DNA of 64,000 nucleotides from the NCBI RefSeq assembly GCF_000142905.1, contig NW_013657651.1, forward strand, positions 124,001 through 188,000, in the 5' to 3' direction. The position numbers and the translations under genes were made by a program. This document shows, piece after piece, positions 43,074 through 51,945 of the stretch; the first letter of the stretch is position 1, and every line of letters starts with the position of its first letter. Source of the DNA: Thecamonas trahens ATCC 50062 (taxonomy: Eukaryota; Protista; Apusomonadida). A model generated the notes under the pieces. That model did no database searches. It was not told where the DNA came from and saw only the letters and a program-made list of their open reading frames with translations.

Positions 43074-45091
43074 CTACAGCTTGGCGTCCATGCCTGAGAA
43101 CATGATGGCCTCGTCGGCCCACATCCGCGTCTCGTCGTCGATGCGGCTCTCACCACATGCTGGGAAGATGTGTTCGACGCATTCCAGCCACGCGAGGATG
43201 GCCTGTCTCGTCGAAGCTGGATCAATGATTTCGTCGATGCCAGCCACTGTAGCAGTACGAATTGGGTCTCGAATCCGCTCAATGTCTGCTGTCCACTGCG
43301 CAATCTGGGCCTCGGCTGCCGCCGCCGGCTGGCCGGCTAGGACGGCCTTGAACGCCGCCTGTAGGCCGCCCTCGAGAGGAAGCGAGCCCCAATCACCCGA
43401 CGGCCACGCAAGTCGGAGGTGGTCGGAATGGTCTAGCAGCGCGCCACCAGCGACGCCGTAGCACTTGCGCACAATGATCGAGAGCCATGCCAGTCGCGGT
43501 GCGGCCTCAAACACCGCTACGAGTGCCTCCGTCCCGTGCAGGATCGTCGCCTCAGCCTCGGCGGAAAGCCCAATGTTGAAGCCTGGCTGGTCGACGAGCG
43601 AGATGACAGGAAGGCCAAAGACCTCGGCAAGCTGCACAGCGCGCTTGAGCTTGGCCGCTGCCAGCGCCGTCAGCAGGCCGCCGTCAAACCGCGGGTCCGA
43701 CGCCAGCCACACCACAGGCACGCCCCCGACCCGCCCTAGCCCGCTCCGCAGTGACCGGCCGTATCCGCTGCCCAGCTCGAGCCACGCTGGTGCCGTGTCG
43801 TACCCAGCATCGAGCACAAGCGCCAGTATGAGAAATGGGTTGTAGCTCGCCGACCGCGAACCCGGAATCACCGTCCGTAGCGCAGGCCGCAGCTCACTCT
43901 CACCACCCGCACACGCATACGGCGTGATCGGGAGCGGACAGCCGGCTGCGCGCGGAAGAAAGGACAAAAATCGCGAGCGGTGGCCAACGCTGCGTCCTCA
44001 GAGCTTGCAACAATGTCGATCGAGCCGTTGGCGCCGGCCACAGCCGCGCCGCCGAGCTCGTTCTTGGTCGGCGGAGGCAGGCCGGTGGCAGCAGCCACAA
44101 CCGGCGGGCCAGCCACAAATAGCTGTGAGGTGCCGGCAACCATGATCCGGCAATGCGAGGCCATGGCGCGCGCAGCGCCAAAACCCACCACCGGCCCGAG
44201 GAGGACGGCAACCACCGGGACCCGCCTCAGCAGCGCCACCTTGGTTCGGAAGGCCGGCAGCGGCGGGACGTACGTGGCCGGCAGCTTGAGCAGCGATGCC
44301 ACCGACCCGCCACCGGACGACCCATCCAGCAGGCGCACCATCGGAAGTCGCAGCCTGTAAGCCATCTTCTCGGCCATCATCTGCTTGCGGACAACCCCGC
44401 CATCGGCGTGCCCGCCACGAACGGTAAAGTCGTCGGCGCCGACCACGACTATCCGTCCGCCAACCCGCCCGCGGCCACACACAAAGTTGGCGGGCGCAAA
44501 CGAGGCACCATCGCGCGAGAGAGCGCCCGCCAGCGATCCAATCTCCACAAACGATCCGTCGTCCACCAGCGTCGCTATCCGTCCACGCACATCGCCCTTG
44601 CCCTTGCCGTGCTGCTTGGCCACAGCTGCCGCCCCACCCATGGCGAGTGCCCGCTCGCGTATCTCCGCCATCCGCAGCAGCGCTGCGTCCCATGGCCTAT
44701 CCTCTTCTGCCTGGCCCACAGCTTGAGGCGACGACATCGCAGGTGAAGAAGGCACAGAAGGCGCGGGAGGCGGGAGCGGCACCTCGGCCACGAGACGGAA
44801 GCGAAAGAGTACGTCGCCGGCAGCGAGCGGGACGGTCAGGTCGGGTGGGAGCGGCAGGAAGGAGTAGGTGGCCGGATCGAGGGCAGCAGCCAGGGCTGGG
44901 CCCCAGCGAAGGATGCGCAGCGGGGCGTGGGCCACGACCTCGGTCTGCATCTTCATCACCACCAGAGTGGCAAGGACCGTGCCTGCGGCCACCTCGGCGC
45001 CTTCAGCCACCGCCACAGAGCCCAGCAGCGCCGACGGGACCGCCACCACGACCTCGCCCGCCTTTGCCGTCCGCATCCGCACCTCTGCCAT
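43074..45091 (-). CDS. Biotinyl-domain + acyl-CoA carboxyltransferase (PCC-beta-like) fusion ending in -AKL; frameshift at about 43968
   Basis: Biotinyl domain TLVVMKMQTEV. CT motifs ALAMGG..VAKQHGKGK, DDFTVRGG, QLFVAGPPVV, LVDQPGF, RKCYGVAG, WPSGDWGSLPLEGG, IDEIIDP. Confidence 0.88.
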
Positions 45092-45344
45092 GGCCGGCGT
45101 GTAGAGGGTAGGGGTGCCGGTTGCACCCTGAGACCAGGGACTGCCGGCACCTACCGCCTGCCACCGACGGCGCGAGACGCGGCTGTCGGCCAGTCGGCCG
45201 GCGGCCGGTCTTTGCCCAGCGGATGACTCCGGCGACCGTTTCGTTTCATGCCACTCACGCACAACTTGCCCTCGCCAGCCCAGACACGCCACCGCCACCA
45301 CCACCGCCACCCCACCCACCCACTGCTGCTCCACCCCGCGACCT

Positions 45345-45878
45345 ATGGACACGGTGGCGGGCCCGGTGGCCGAGGGCGCCAAAACGCTGCTCGACCCGGA
45401 CAGGCCGCGGCCCAACGACGTGCCGCTGGCCGACTTGGACCTGTTTGATGCGGCACGAGCAGACGGCGATGATGGGTATCTCGCCCGCGACAAGGCGCTA
45501 CGTCGGAAGCGCCGGGCGCTGCGCTCTTGGGAGCCGCGGCTCAACGCCCGCGCCCTGGCGGATCGTGCTGCTGCAGAGGACGCGCGGCGGCTGCGTCGGG
45601 CGGAGCAGTCGACGGGCCGGCCCATGCTGGCGGCGCTGGCGTCGGCGTATGCAGCGGCGGCAGCACCATCGCGCTCACCACTCCATCCGCCGCGGCTCCG
45701 GGCGTCACTGAGCCACACGCCGCGGTCCCCGATCACCTCGCGCTTCCTCGCCGCCCGCGCACCGGGAACCATCACGGGCCCGACCGGCGCCCCGTCTCCC
45801 GTCCGCGGCATCGACACTCGCGGCCTGAAGCTTTACAACCCTCCGCCGCGGAGGTACTTGGCGAGAACCGGCCGGTGA
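45345..45878 (+). CDS. Hypothetical protein (177 aa)
   Basis: ATG after a C-rich leader like other genes here, and fills the space between flanking genes. No recognised motif. Confidence 0.45.
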   Translation: MDTVAGPVAEGAKTLLDPDRPRPNDVPLADLDLFDAARADGDDGYLARDKALRRKRRALRSWEPRLNARALADRAAAEDARRLRRAEQSTGRPMLAALASAYAAAAAPSRSPLHPPRLRASLSHTPRSPITSRFLAARAPGTITGPTGAPSPVRGIDTRGLKLYNPPPRRYLARTGR

Positions 45879-48800
45879 CCAAGGCTGGCGAAGCCGGCGT
45901 CGGCAAAGACTGCCGCTGCCGCCGCCGCAAAGCGCCAAACATTGTCGGCGGTGGCGAGTGCCGCAAGGATGCAACGCTGGAGCTCGCCGAGAGCGTCTCC
46001 AGTGGCCGGGAGCGGGCCTGCGGCGCGGACGTGCCAGAGCAGCGCGCGAACAACGTGTGGGACGTTGTACGCGTTGACGGCCGAGACAAGCGGCAGTGCC
46101 GTCTCTAGCCCGGCTCTCGACACGTTGATCAGGCTGAGCACAACCAGCTCGCGCAGCTTGTAGTTGAGCGGCATGTAGCGCCGCAGCCCAGGCTCGCGCG
46201 CGCGAGCCGGGAACAGCAAATAGGACGAGTCCGGGTGGACAAACTCGTACCGCTCGAGCACAGAGCTCCACTCGGCCTCAAGCGGGTAGAAAATCGACGG
46301 TGCCGCCACCGCAAAGTGCGAGAGCCAGGTAAAGGCAGGCTCGACAAGCGTTGTTAACGGCCGCTCATGCCGCATCGCGCACAGCGCCGCCGCCCATGCC
46401 AGCGCTACCTGGACCACAGGCGGGAGCGCCGCCATGTGGGTCAGACCGGCTTCTAGTCCCTTCTCCCAGCGCTGTACCAGCGGCGCCATCTGGCCGACCA
46501 CTGTGGGGTCGACCACACTCAGACGGGCGGCCATGCGGACAACGGCGGCCCGGGCAACAGGCCGCAGCTCCGCATCGGGCCGCAGCGCGGCTGTGCCGGC
46601 GGTAACGAGCGCACCGAGCGTGGCTGTGGCCTCGAGGCACGCGGATGAGCCCGCGGCTACTTGCGGCGGTACGTCGGTCCGAGGAAACGTTGGGAGAGCC
46701 ACGCTGCCGCCGCGGGCCCACACTGCAGCAAGCGCATTGGCTTCAGCAGCGACGACGGCGGCCCTAGCCTCACTCCACGAGTGGAACGTGTCGACATGTG
46801 CAAGACAAAATGCCAGTGTCTGAGTGTGAGTAGCTACGAATCCAGCGTCGGCCCGCGAACTCGAGCTGGAGCTCATCGAGGTGGTGAGACTCTCCAGCAG
46901 CTCGGCAAGTACAGGGCCAAAGGCCTGAAGCACCTCGGCGCAGCCGATGGCGGCTCGGGTCGGGCCCTCGAGTCCATCCGCACCAGTGCTGCTGCGTTCC
47001 CATTCAAAGACCAGCGAGCGAGCCGGGCCGGCCACGCGGATGTTGTGGGCAGCGGCTTCGACACGCCCCACAGCAGCTCGGATGTGTGCGACGTGGTCAC
47101 TGCCAAAGGCGGCGCGGGCCAACGCAAGCGAGTCGTCGTCAGCCGGCGGCTCCCGCATCAGCGCCGAAACCTGCGCAACATACCCGTACAGGACAAGCGC
47201 GAGAAGATACGGTGCCGCGTCGTTGAGGCTGTCAGCACCAGTGCACATCCATTTGGTAAAGAGCTTGACAAGATGCTGCCGCAGCGCGCGCGACCATGCC
47301 ACGGCCTGTGGCTGATTCTCGGGCGCGGTGGCTTCGAGCGAGACAGTCTGCTCGAATGCCAGAACCATGTAGGTCTCGACGAGCTCGCGGAGCGAGCTTG
47401 TTTCCAGCGTCATCTGCTTCAGCGCACGTCGGATGGCTTGGTGGACAGACGGCGGCCGGCAGCTCGTGCCCTCCTCGCTCGACACATGCGGAGACTCGGC
47501 CCGAGCCGGCGGCGTCCCGAGCCCGAGCCCGATCTCTTCTGACGACTCGGATATCAACGGTAGCGAGTCCGAGCCCGATGCGCCAATAAGCGAGTCGGCT
47601 GATGACAGCTGCTGGGCGCTCAGCACCACCGGCGGGCCGTGATGGGCGGCCAGCGGCGAGAGGACAGGCGAAAATGACGGCGCCGGTGAGGGGACTGATG
47701 AGCCCGAGGATGACCGCGTGCTCCAGGGTCCAACGTCAATAGTGGGCGGTGCGGTGTAGGGTGCCGCTACTGGGACTGCCGGTACATCCGCGGGGCGCTC
47801 GTCGGAGGCGGCACCGTCGTCAAACCCGGGATGATACGACGACGACGAGTACGACGACGAGTTGTCGTTCGAGTGCGAAGAGAGTGAAAGCGAAAACGAC
47901 GACCAGAGGCCGTCGTCGGAGAACATCGAGCCGCCCGAGGCGAGCGAGGTGAGGCCCGATGACGACGATGGGGCGGCAACCGAGCGCGAGCCGCCGAGCG
48001 AGGCGAGCTGGAACGCTGGCGCGCCGCCGGCAATGGCGTTTGAGCCGGCGAGCCGGGCGGTGACGTCGAGATAATTGCTTGTCGCCAAGTCAGCCGAGAG
48101 TTTGACAACCGCTGCCAGGGCCTCCCAAGGAAAGGCGAACGAGTCGACCAGGTCGGTGACCGAAGTCCGCGATGCTGACGCCGAGCTGGTGAGCGAGGTC
48201 AGAAGCGTGCGCGTGAGGGTGCGGGCGGGTGGAAGCGAGGAGTGGTTGCTCGTCACCGAGTCAGCCAGGGCGCGCGAGAGGAGTCTTGGCTCGCCCATGA
48301 CCGGCAGGCCGGGCAGCGACTTGAGGACAGGCGGCTCGTCGATGTAGCCGCCGTACACCGAAGGCACAACAGTAAGGACGGCGGTGCCAACAGGAACAAA
48401 GTTCCAGTGGGCGGCGTGGCCCTCACCGACCTGGTAGAAGACCGAGTCGGAGAGGACCAGAAGTGTGTATGCGCCCGAGGGGACCTTGTGCAGTAGTTGC
48501 AGCGTTCCGAGCACCTTGTCGTACTTACGCTTCTCAAATGCAGTGGCGACAGCACCGACTGTAAGAACCGACGGCGATCGGGCCGCCACCTTTTGCGGCA
48601 TAGGGCGCCACTCGGGCGCGCTAGCCTCGAGTTTGGAGCTCGACGTCGCAGTTGCTGCCGGCTGCGACGGCGATCCTGGCCGGGGCTCCGGCTCAGGATC
48701 CGGCTCCGGCTCGGGAGCCCGCGGCGAGTCGGCACTCGATGCAGGTGGGGGCGGAGTTGCCTGTCGAGTGGGAGATGGCGGCGGAGAAGGTGTTGGGCTT

Positions 48801-49165
48801 GGGACTGACGAGTCCGGCTCGAGCGGAGGTGGTTTGGGGGTGGCCGGGTCGATTGTGACGCCAGCATCCTCTCGCTTTCGGCGCTGTTTGCGGCGCTGCT
48901 TTCGCTTTCGCTTGCGCTGATTACGAAGCGCGCGGCTAGGAGTGCTTGATGAGCCTGGCAGAGCGTCGTCCATGGACGACAAAGACGGCAGCACAGGAGC
49001 AGGCGAGAGAGAGTCGGGTTGCTGCCGGGCGGGCGGAGAGGGCGGCGGGAGCCGGGGCAGGCCCTGCGGTCGGAAGAGCAGGAGGGCAAGAAGCAGGGCA
49101 GCGAGAAGAGTCCAGACGAGGATGGCGGGCTCTGCGAGAGCAGTTGCAAGAAGCGGCGAGGGCAT
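45833..49165 (-). CDS. Hypothetical 1,110-aa protein with N-terminal TM helix, basic cluster, PAM2-like motif and helical C-terminal domain
   Basis: TM ILVWTLLAALLLALLLF, basic cluster RNQRKRKRKQRRKQRRKR, and SKLEASAPEWRP at about 48601-48637. Confidence 0.75.
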   Translation of the reverse strand: MPSPLLATALAEPAILVWTLLAALLLALLLFRPQGLPRLPPPSPPARQQPDSLSPAPVLPSLSSMDDALPGSSSTPSRALRNQRKRKRKQRRKQRRKREDAGVTIDPATPKPPPLEPDSSVPSPTPSPPPSPTRQATPPPPASSADSPRAPEPEPDPEPEPRPGSPSQPAATATSSSKLEASAPEWRPMPQKVAARSPSVLTVGAVATAFEKRKYDKVLGTLQLLHKVPSGAYTLLVLSDSVFYQVGEGHAAHWNFVPVGTAVLTVVPSVYGGYIDEPPVLKSLPGLPVMGEPRLLSRALADSVTSNHSSLPPARTLTRTLLTSLTSSASASRTSVTDLVDSFAFPWEALAAVVKLSADLATSNYLDVTARLAGSNAIAGGAPAFQLASLGGSRSVAAPSSSSGLTSLASGGSMFSDDGLWSSFSLSLSSHSNDNSSSYSSSSYHPGFDDGAASDERPADVPAVPVAAPYTAPPTIDVGPWSTRSSSGSSVPSPAPSFSPVLSPLAAHHGPPVVLSAQQLSSADSLIGASGSDSLPLISESSEEIGLGLGTPPARAESPHVSSEEGTSCRPPSVHQAIRRALKQMTLETSSLRELVETYMVLAFEQTVSLEATAPENQPQAVAWSRALRQHLVKLFTKWMCTGADSLNDAAPYLLALVLYGYVAQVSALMREPPADDDSLALARAAFGSDHVAHIRAAVGRVEAAAHNIRVAGPARSLVFEWERSSTGADGLEGPTRAAIGCAEVLQAFGPVLAELLESLTTSMSSSSSSRADAGFVATHTQTLAFCLAHVDTFHSWSEARAAVVAAEANALAAVWARGGSVALPTFPRTDVPPQVAAGSSACLEATATLGALVTAGTAALRPDAELRPVARAAVVRMAARLSVVDPTVVGQMAPLVQRWEKGLEAGLTHMAALPPVVQVALAWAAALCAMRHERPLTTLVEPAFTWLSHFAVAAPSIFYPLEAEWSSVLERYEFVHPDSSYLLFPARAREPGLRRYMPLNYKLRELVVLSLINVSRAGLETALPLVSAVNAYNVPHVVRALLWHVRAAGPLPATGDALGELQRCILAALATADNVWRFAAAAAAVFADAGFASLGHRPVLAKYLRGGGL

Positions 49166-49173
49166 AGGAGCGA

Positions 49174-49500
49174 TCAGGCACCCTGTGCGCGTTCGACGGC
49201 GCGGGCAACGAGGTCCTCACCAGGGATGGTGTACTCTGGCTCGACTTGCTTGCGAGCGATGACGTAATGCCAGGTCGAGTACAGCAGATACATGCCCAGG
49301 GCCCAGCAGGCGGCTGCGACAACGAGGGCGACGATGAGAACCGTCCGGACACTCCAGCGGTGGCGGGTGTGGCGGGAAGCCGCGGCAGAGGCGGTAGAGG
49401 CGACAGAGGCGACAGAGGCAAAGGCGGCTGAGGCAGAGGAAGCGGTGGAGGGCGCGACGGAGTGGTGGGCTCTCTTCTTTCCTGCCTCGGTCTGGAGCAT
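49174..49500 (-). CDS. Short TM-containing ORF, probably the 5' part of the 45833-49165 gene
   Basis: TM VLIVALVVAAACWALGMYLLY. Its stop lies only 8 nt before the next ATG, and one extra G at 49181-49183 fuses the two ORFs in frame. Confidence 0.5.
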   Translation of the reverse strand: MLQTEAGKKRAHHSVAPSTASSASAAFASVASVASTASAAASRHTRHRWSVRTVLIVALVVAAACWALGMYLLYSTWHYVIARKQVEPEYTIPGEDLVARAVERAQGA

Positions 49501-49538
49501 GCGTTAGGGAGAGTGGTGTGGTCAGTGGAGGGGGGGGT

Positions 49539-50451
49539 NNNNNNNNNNNNNNNNNNNNNNNNNNNNNNNNNNNNNNNNNNNNNNNNNNNNNNNNNNNNNN
49601 NNNNNNNNNNNNNNNNNNNNNNNNNNNNNNNNNNNNNNNNNNNNNNNNNNNNNNNNNNNNNNNNNNNNNNNNNNNNNNNNNNNNNNNNNNNNNNNNNNNN
49701 NNNNNNNNNNNNNNNNNNNNNNNNNNNNNNNNNNNNNNNNNNNNNNNNNNNNNNNNNNNNNNNNNNNNNNNNNNNNNNNNNNNNNNNNNNNNNNNNNNNN
49801 NNNNNNNNNNNNNNNNNNNNNNNNNNNNNNNNNNNNNNNNNNNNNNNNNNNNNNNNNNNNNNNNNNNNNNNNNNNNNNNNNNNNNNNNNNNNNNNNNNNN
49901 NNNNNNNNNNNNNNNNNNNNNNNNNNNNNNNNNNNNNNNNNNNNNNNNNNNNNNNNNNNNNNNNNNNNNNNNNNNNNNNNNNNNNNNNNNNNNNNNNNNN
50001 NNNNNNNNNNNNNNNNNNNNNNNNNNNNNNNNNNNNNNNNNNNNNNNNNNNNNNNNNNNNNNNNNNNNNNNNNNNNNNNNNNNNNNNNNNNNNNNNNNNN
50101 NNNNNNNNNNNNNNNNNNNNNNNNNNNNNNNNNNNNNNNNNNNNNNNNNNNNNNNNNNNNNNNNNNNNNNNNNNNNNNNNNNNNNNNNNNNNNNNNNNNN
50201 NNNNNNNNNNNNNNNNNNNNNNNNNNNNNNNNNNNNNNNNNNNNNNNNNNNNNNNNNNNNNNNNNNNNNNNNNNNNNNNNNNNNNNNNNNNNNNNNNNNN
50301 NNNNNNNNNNNNNNNNNNNNNNNNNNNNNNNNNNNNNNNNNNNNNNNNNNNNNNNNNNNNNNNNNNNNNNNNNNNNNNNNNNNNNNNNNNNNNNNNNNNN
50401 NNNNNNNNNNNNNNNNNNNNNNNNNNNNNNNNNNNNNNNNNNNNNNNNNNN
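49539..50451. other. Assembly gap
   Basis: Run of N. Confidence 1.
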
Positions 50452-50496
50452 GGGGGGGAGGGGAAGGGTCAACAGCCACACTCCACTGTTGCCAGG

Positions 50497-51921
50497 ATGA
50501 GCAAGACCGAACGGGAGGAGAGCAGGGAGAAGGGCAATGGGAAGCGGAGGGGCCGGGAGAAGGGCAAGGACAGGGGCAAGAGCAAGAGCAAGAGCAAGAG
50601 CAAGAGCAAGGACAAGGGCAAGGGCAAGGGCAAGGGCAAGGAGGCCGACGGCGACGACCTGCCCTCTGACCGCGACAGGACCATGGCGCTATACGAATCG
50701 ACGCCTGAGAATGGTGAGAGCAACGACGGCGACGACCAGCCGGCCAAGCCGGCCCTCGCGCCAGGCCGCTCACCGACGGCGCGGACGCCGCCGGGCCGCT
50801 CCGACTCGCCGCATCGGACCACGCCGCCGCCGTCGAGCAGCCGTGGTGAGAGCGGGAGCAGCGGTGGCCCATCGCTCCGGTTGCCTTCGGCGGGAAAGGC
50901 CAAGGCAGTGTCTGCCAAGACCACTGCGGTGTCGATCCGGCGGCCATCGCTGCCGACATCGCAACTGCCCAACTCTCGCCACGGGCGGAGCAAGTCGGGC
51001 AGCGGCAGTGGCGGGCCGTCGCGCAAGTCGGCGACCGACATCCGCCACGCCATCCGGTCGCTCTCGGCGGCGCCAGTTTTCTCGTCGCAGTGGTTTAGCA
51101 TGTGCGATGCGCTCGAGTCGGTGGCAGCGGTTGCGGTCAAGGAGACCAAGGCTGTGCGCGACGGGTGCGGATCGCCAAGTGGGCGCAAAACGCTGTGGGA
51201 GCGCGACGAAGTCTGTGTACGGTTTGTGCTGGAGGAGGGCAAGCTCAATCTTGTGGTCCGCAACCTGCGCGAATTCAAGGTGATGCAGCGGAACATGGTG
51301 CTCAATCCGAGTTTCAAAACGTCGCTGGTGGGCAAGCTGAAAAAGGGTCCGATGCAGGTGGACGAGGCGCTGCGGTCGTTTGAAGACAATCTAGGCGTGG
51401 TCTTGCTGGCGTGCGTATGGGCCATCGAGGCCATGCAGACGATGGACATGCCGCTTCTGCTGCAGCACTGCGCGGAGACGATGCAGTTTGCGCTGGCCAA
51501 ACCCGAGTTTGTGGCCGGCCTCGCCGAGGCGCACGAATCGGGCGTGCTCCAACAGTGCCAGGAGGCCGTTGTGCTCTCGTATCTGCTGCGAGTGCTGAGC
51601 GAGCTCGACTCGCTCGCCGAAGACCGCGTTGTCGAGCTGTTTGACGAGCTCAAGCTCATGCCGCTGATGGCGAGCTTTCTCGCAGCGCACGGCAGCGTGC
51701 TGAGCAACGCAGCCAAGGCCGACGGCGCGCAGGCGCTGGCGACGCTTGTCGAGTCGGAGGCGTTTGTCACCTCGCCCGAGGCCTTTCTTCCCGACGACGA
51801 GGCCGAGGACGCGATCCTTGCCGCCGTCAACTCGGTCATCAAGCCGATGCTCGACGCGTCACCGGCGATGGCGGCCACGCTCCGGGTCACTGCCTTGCTC
51901 ACGCTTGTCGAGGGCTGGTGA
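50497..51921 (+). CDS. Hypothetical protein: K/S/G-rich N-terminus plus alpha-helical domain, possibly related to the ZMYND10 N-terminal region
   Basis: Long ORF with protein-like composition (FSSQWFSMCDALE, LWERDEVCVRFVLEEGKLNL). An upstream exon could lie in the gap. Confidence 0.7.
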   Translation: MSKTEREESREKGNGKRRGREKGKDRGKSKSKSKSKSKDKGKGKGKGKEADGDDLPSDRDRTMALYESTPENGESNDGDDQPAKPALAPGRSPTARTPPGRSDSPHRTTPPPSSSRGESGSSGGPSLRLPSAGKAKAVSAKTTAVSIRRPSLPTSQLPNSRHGRSKSGSGSGGPSRKSATDIRHAIRSLSAAPVFSSQWFSMCDALESVAAVAVKETKAVRDGCGSPSGRKTLWERDEVCVRFVLEEGKLNLVVRNLREFKVMQRNMVLNPSFKTSLVGKLKKGPMQVDEALRSFEDNLGVVLLACVWAIEAMQTMDMPLLLQHCAETMQFALAKPEFVAGLAEAHESGVLQQCQEAVVLSYLLRVLSELDSLAEDRVVELFDELKLMPLMASFLAAHGSVLSNAAKADGAQALATLVESEAFVTSPEAFLPDDEAEDAILAAVNSVIKPMLDASPAMAATLRVTALLTLVEGW

Positions 51922-51945
51922 CGACGAAGCGCCCCTCGGGGGCTG

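Noticed and set aside
41195-43303. Long ORFs spanning N-gaps (also 49217-50959 and 60145-61537)
   Set aside because: Their length comes from translating N as X; only the flanking real segments are interpretable.
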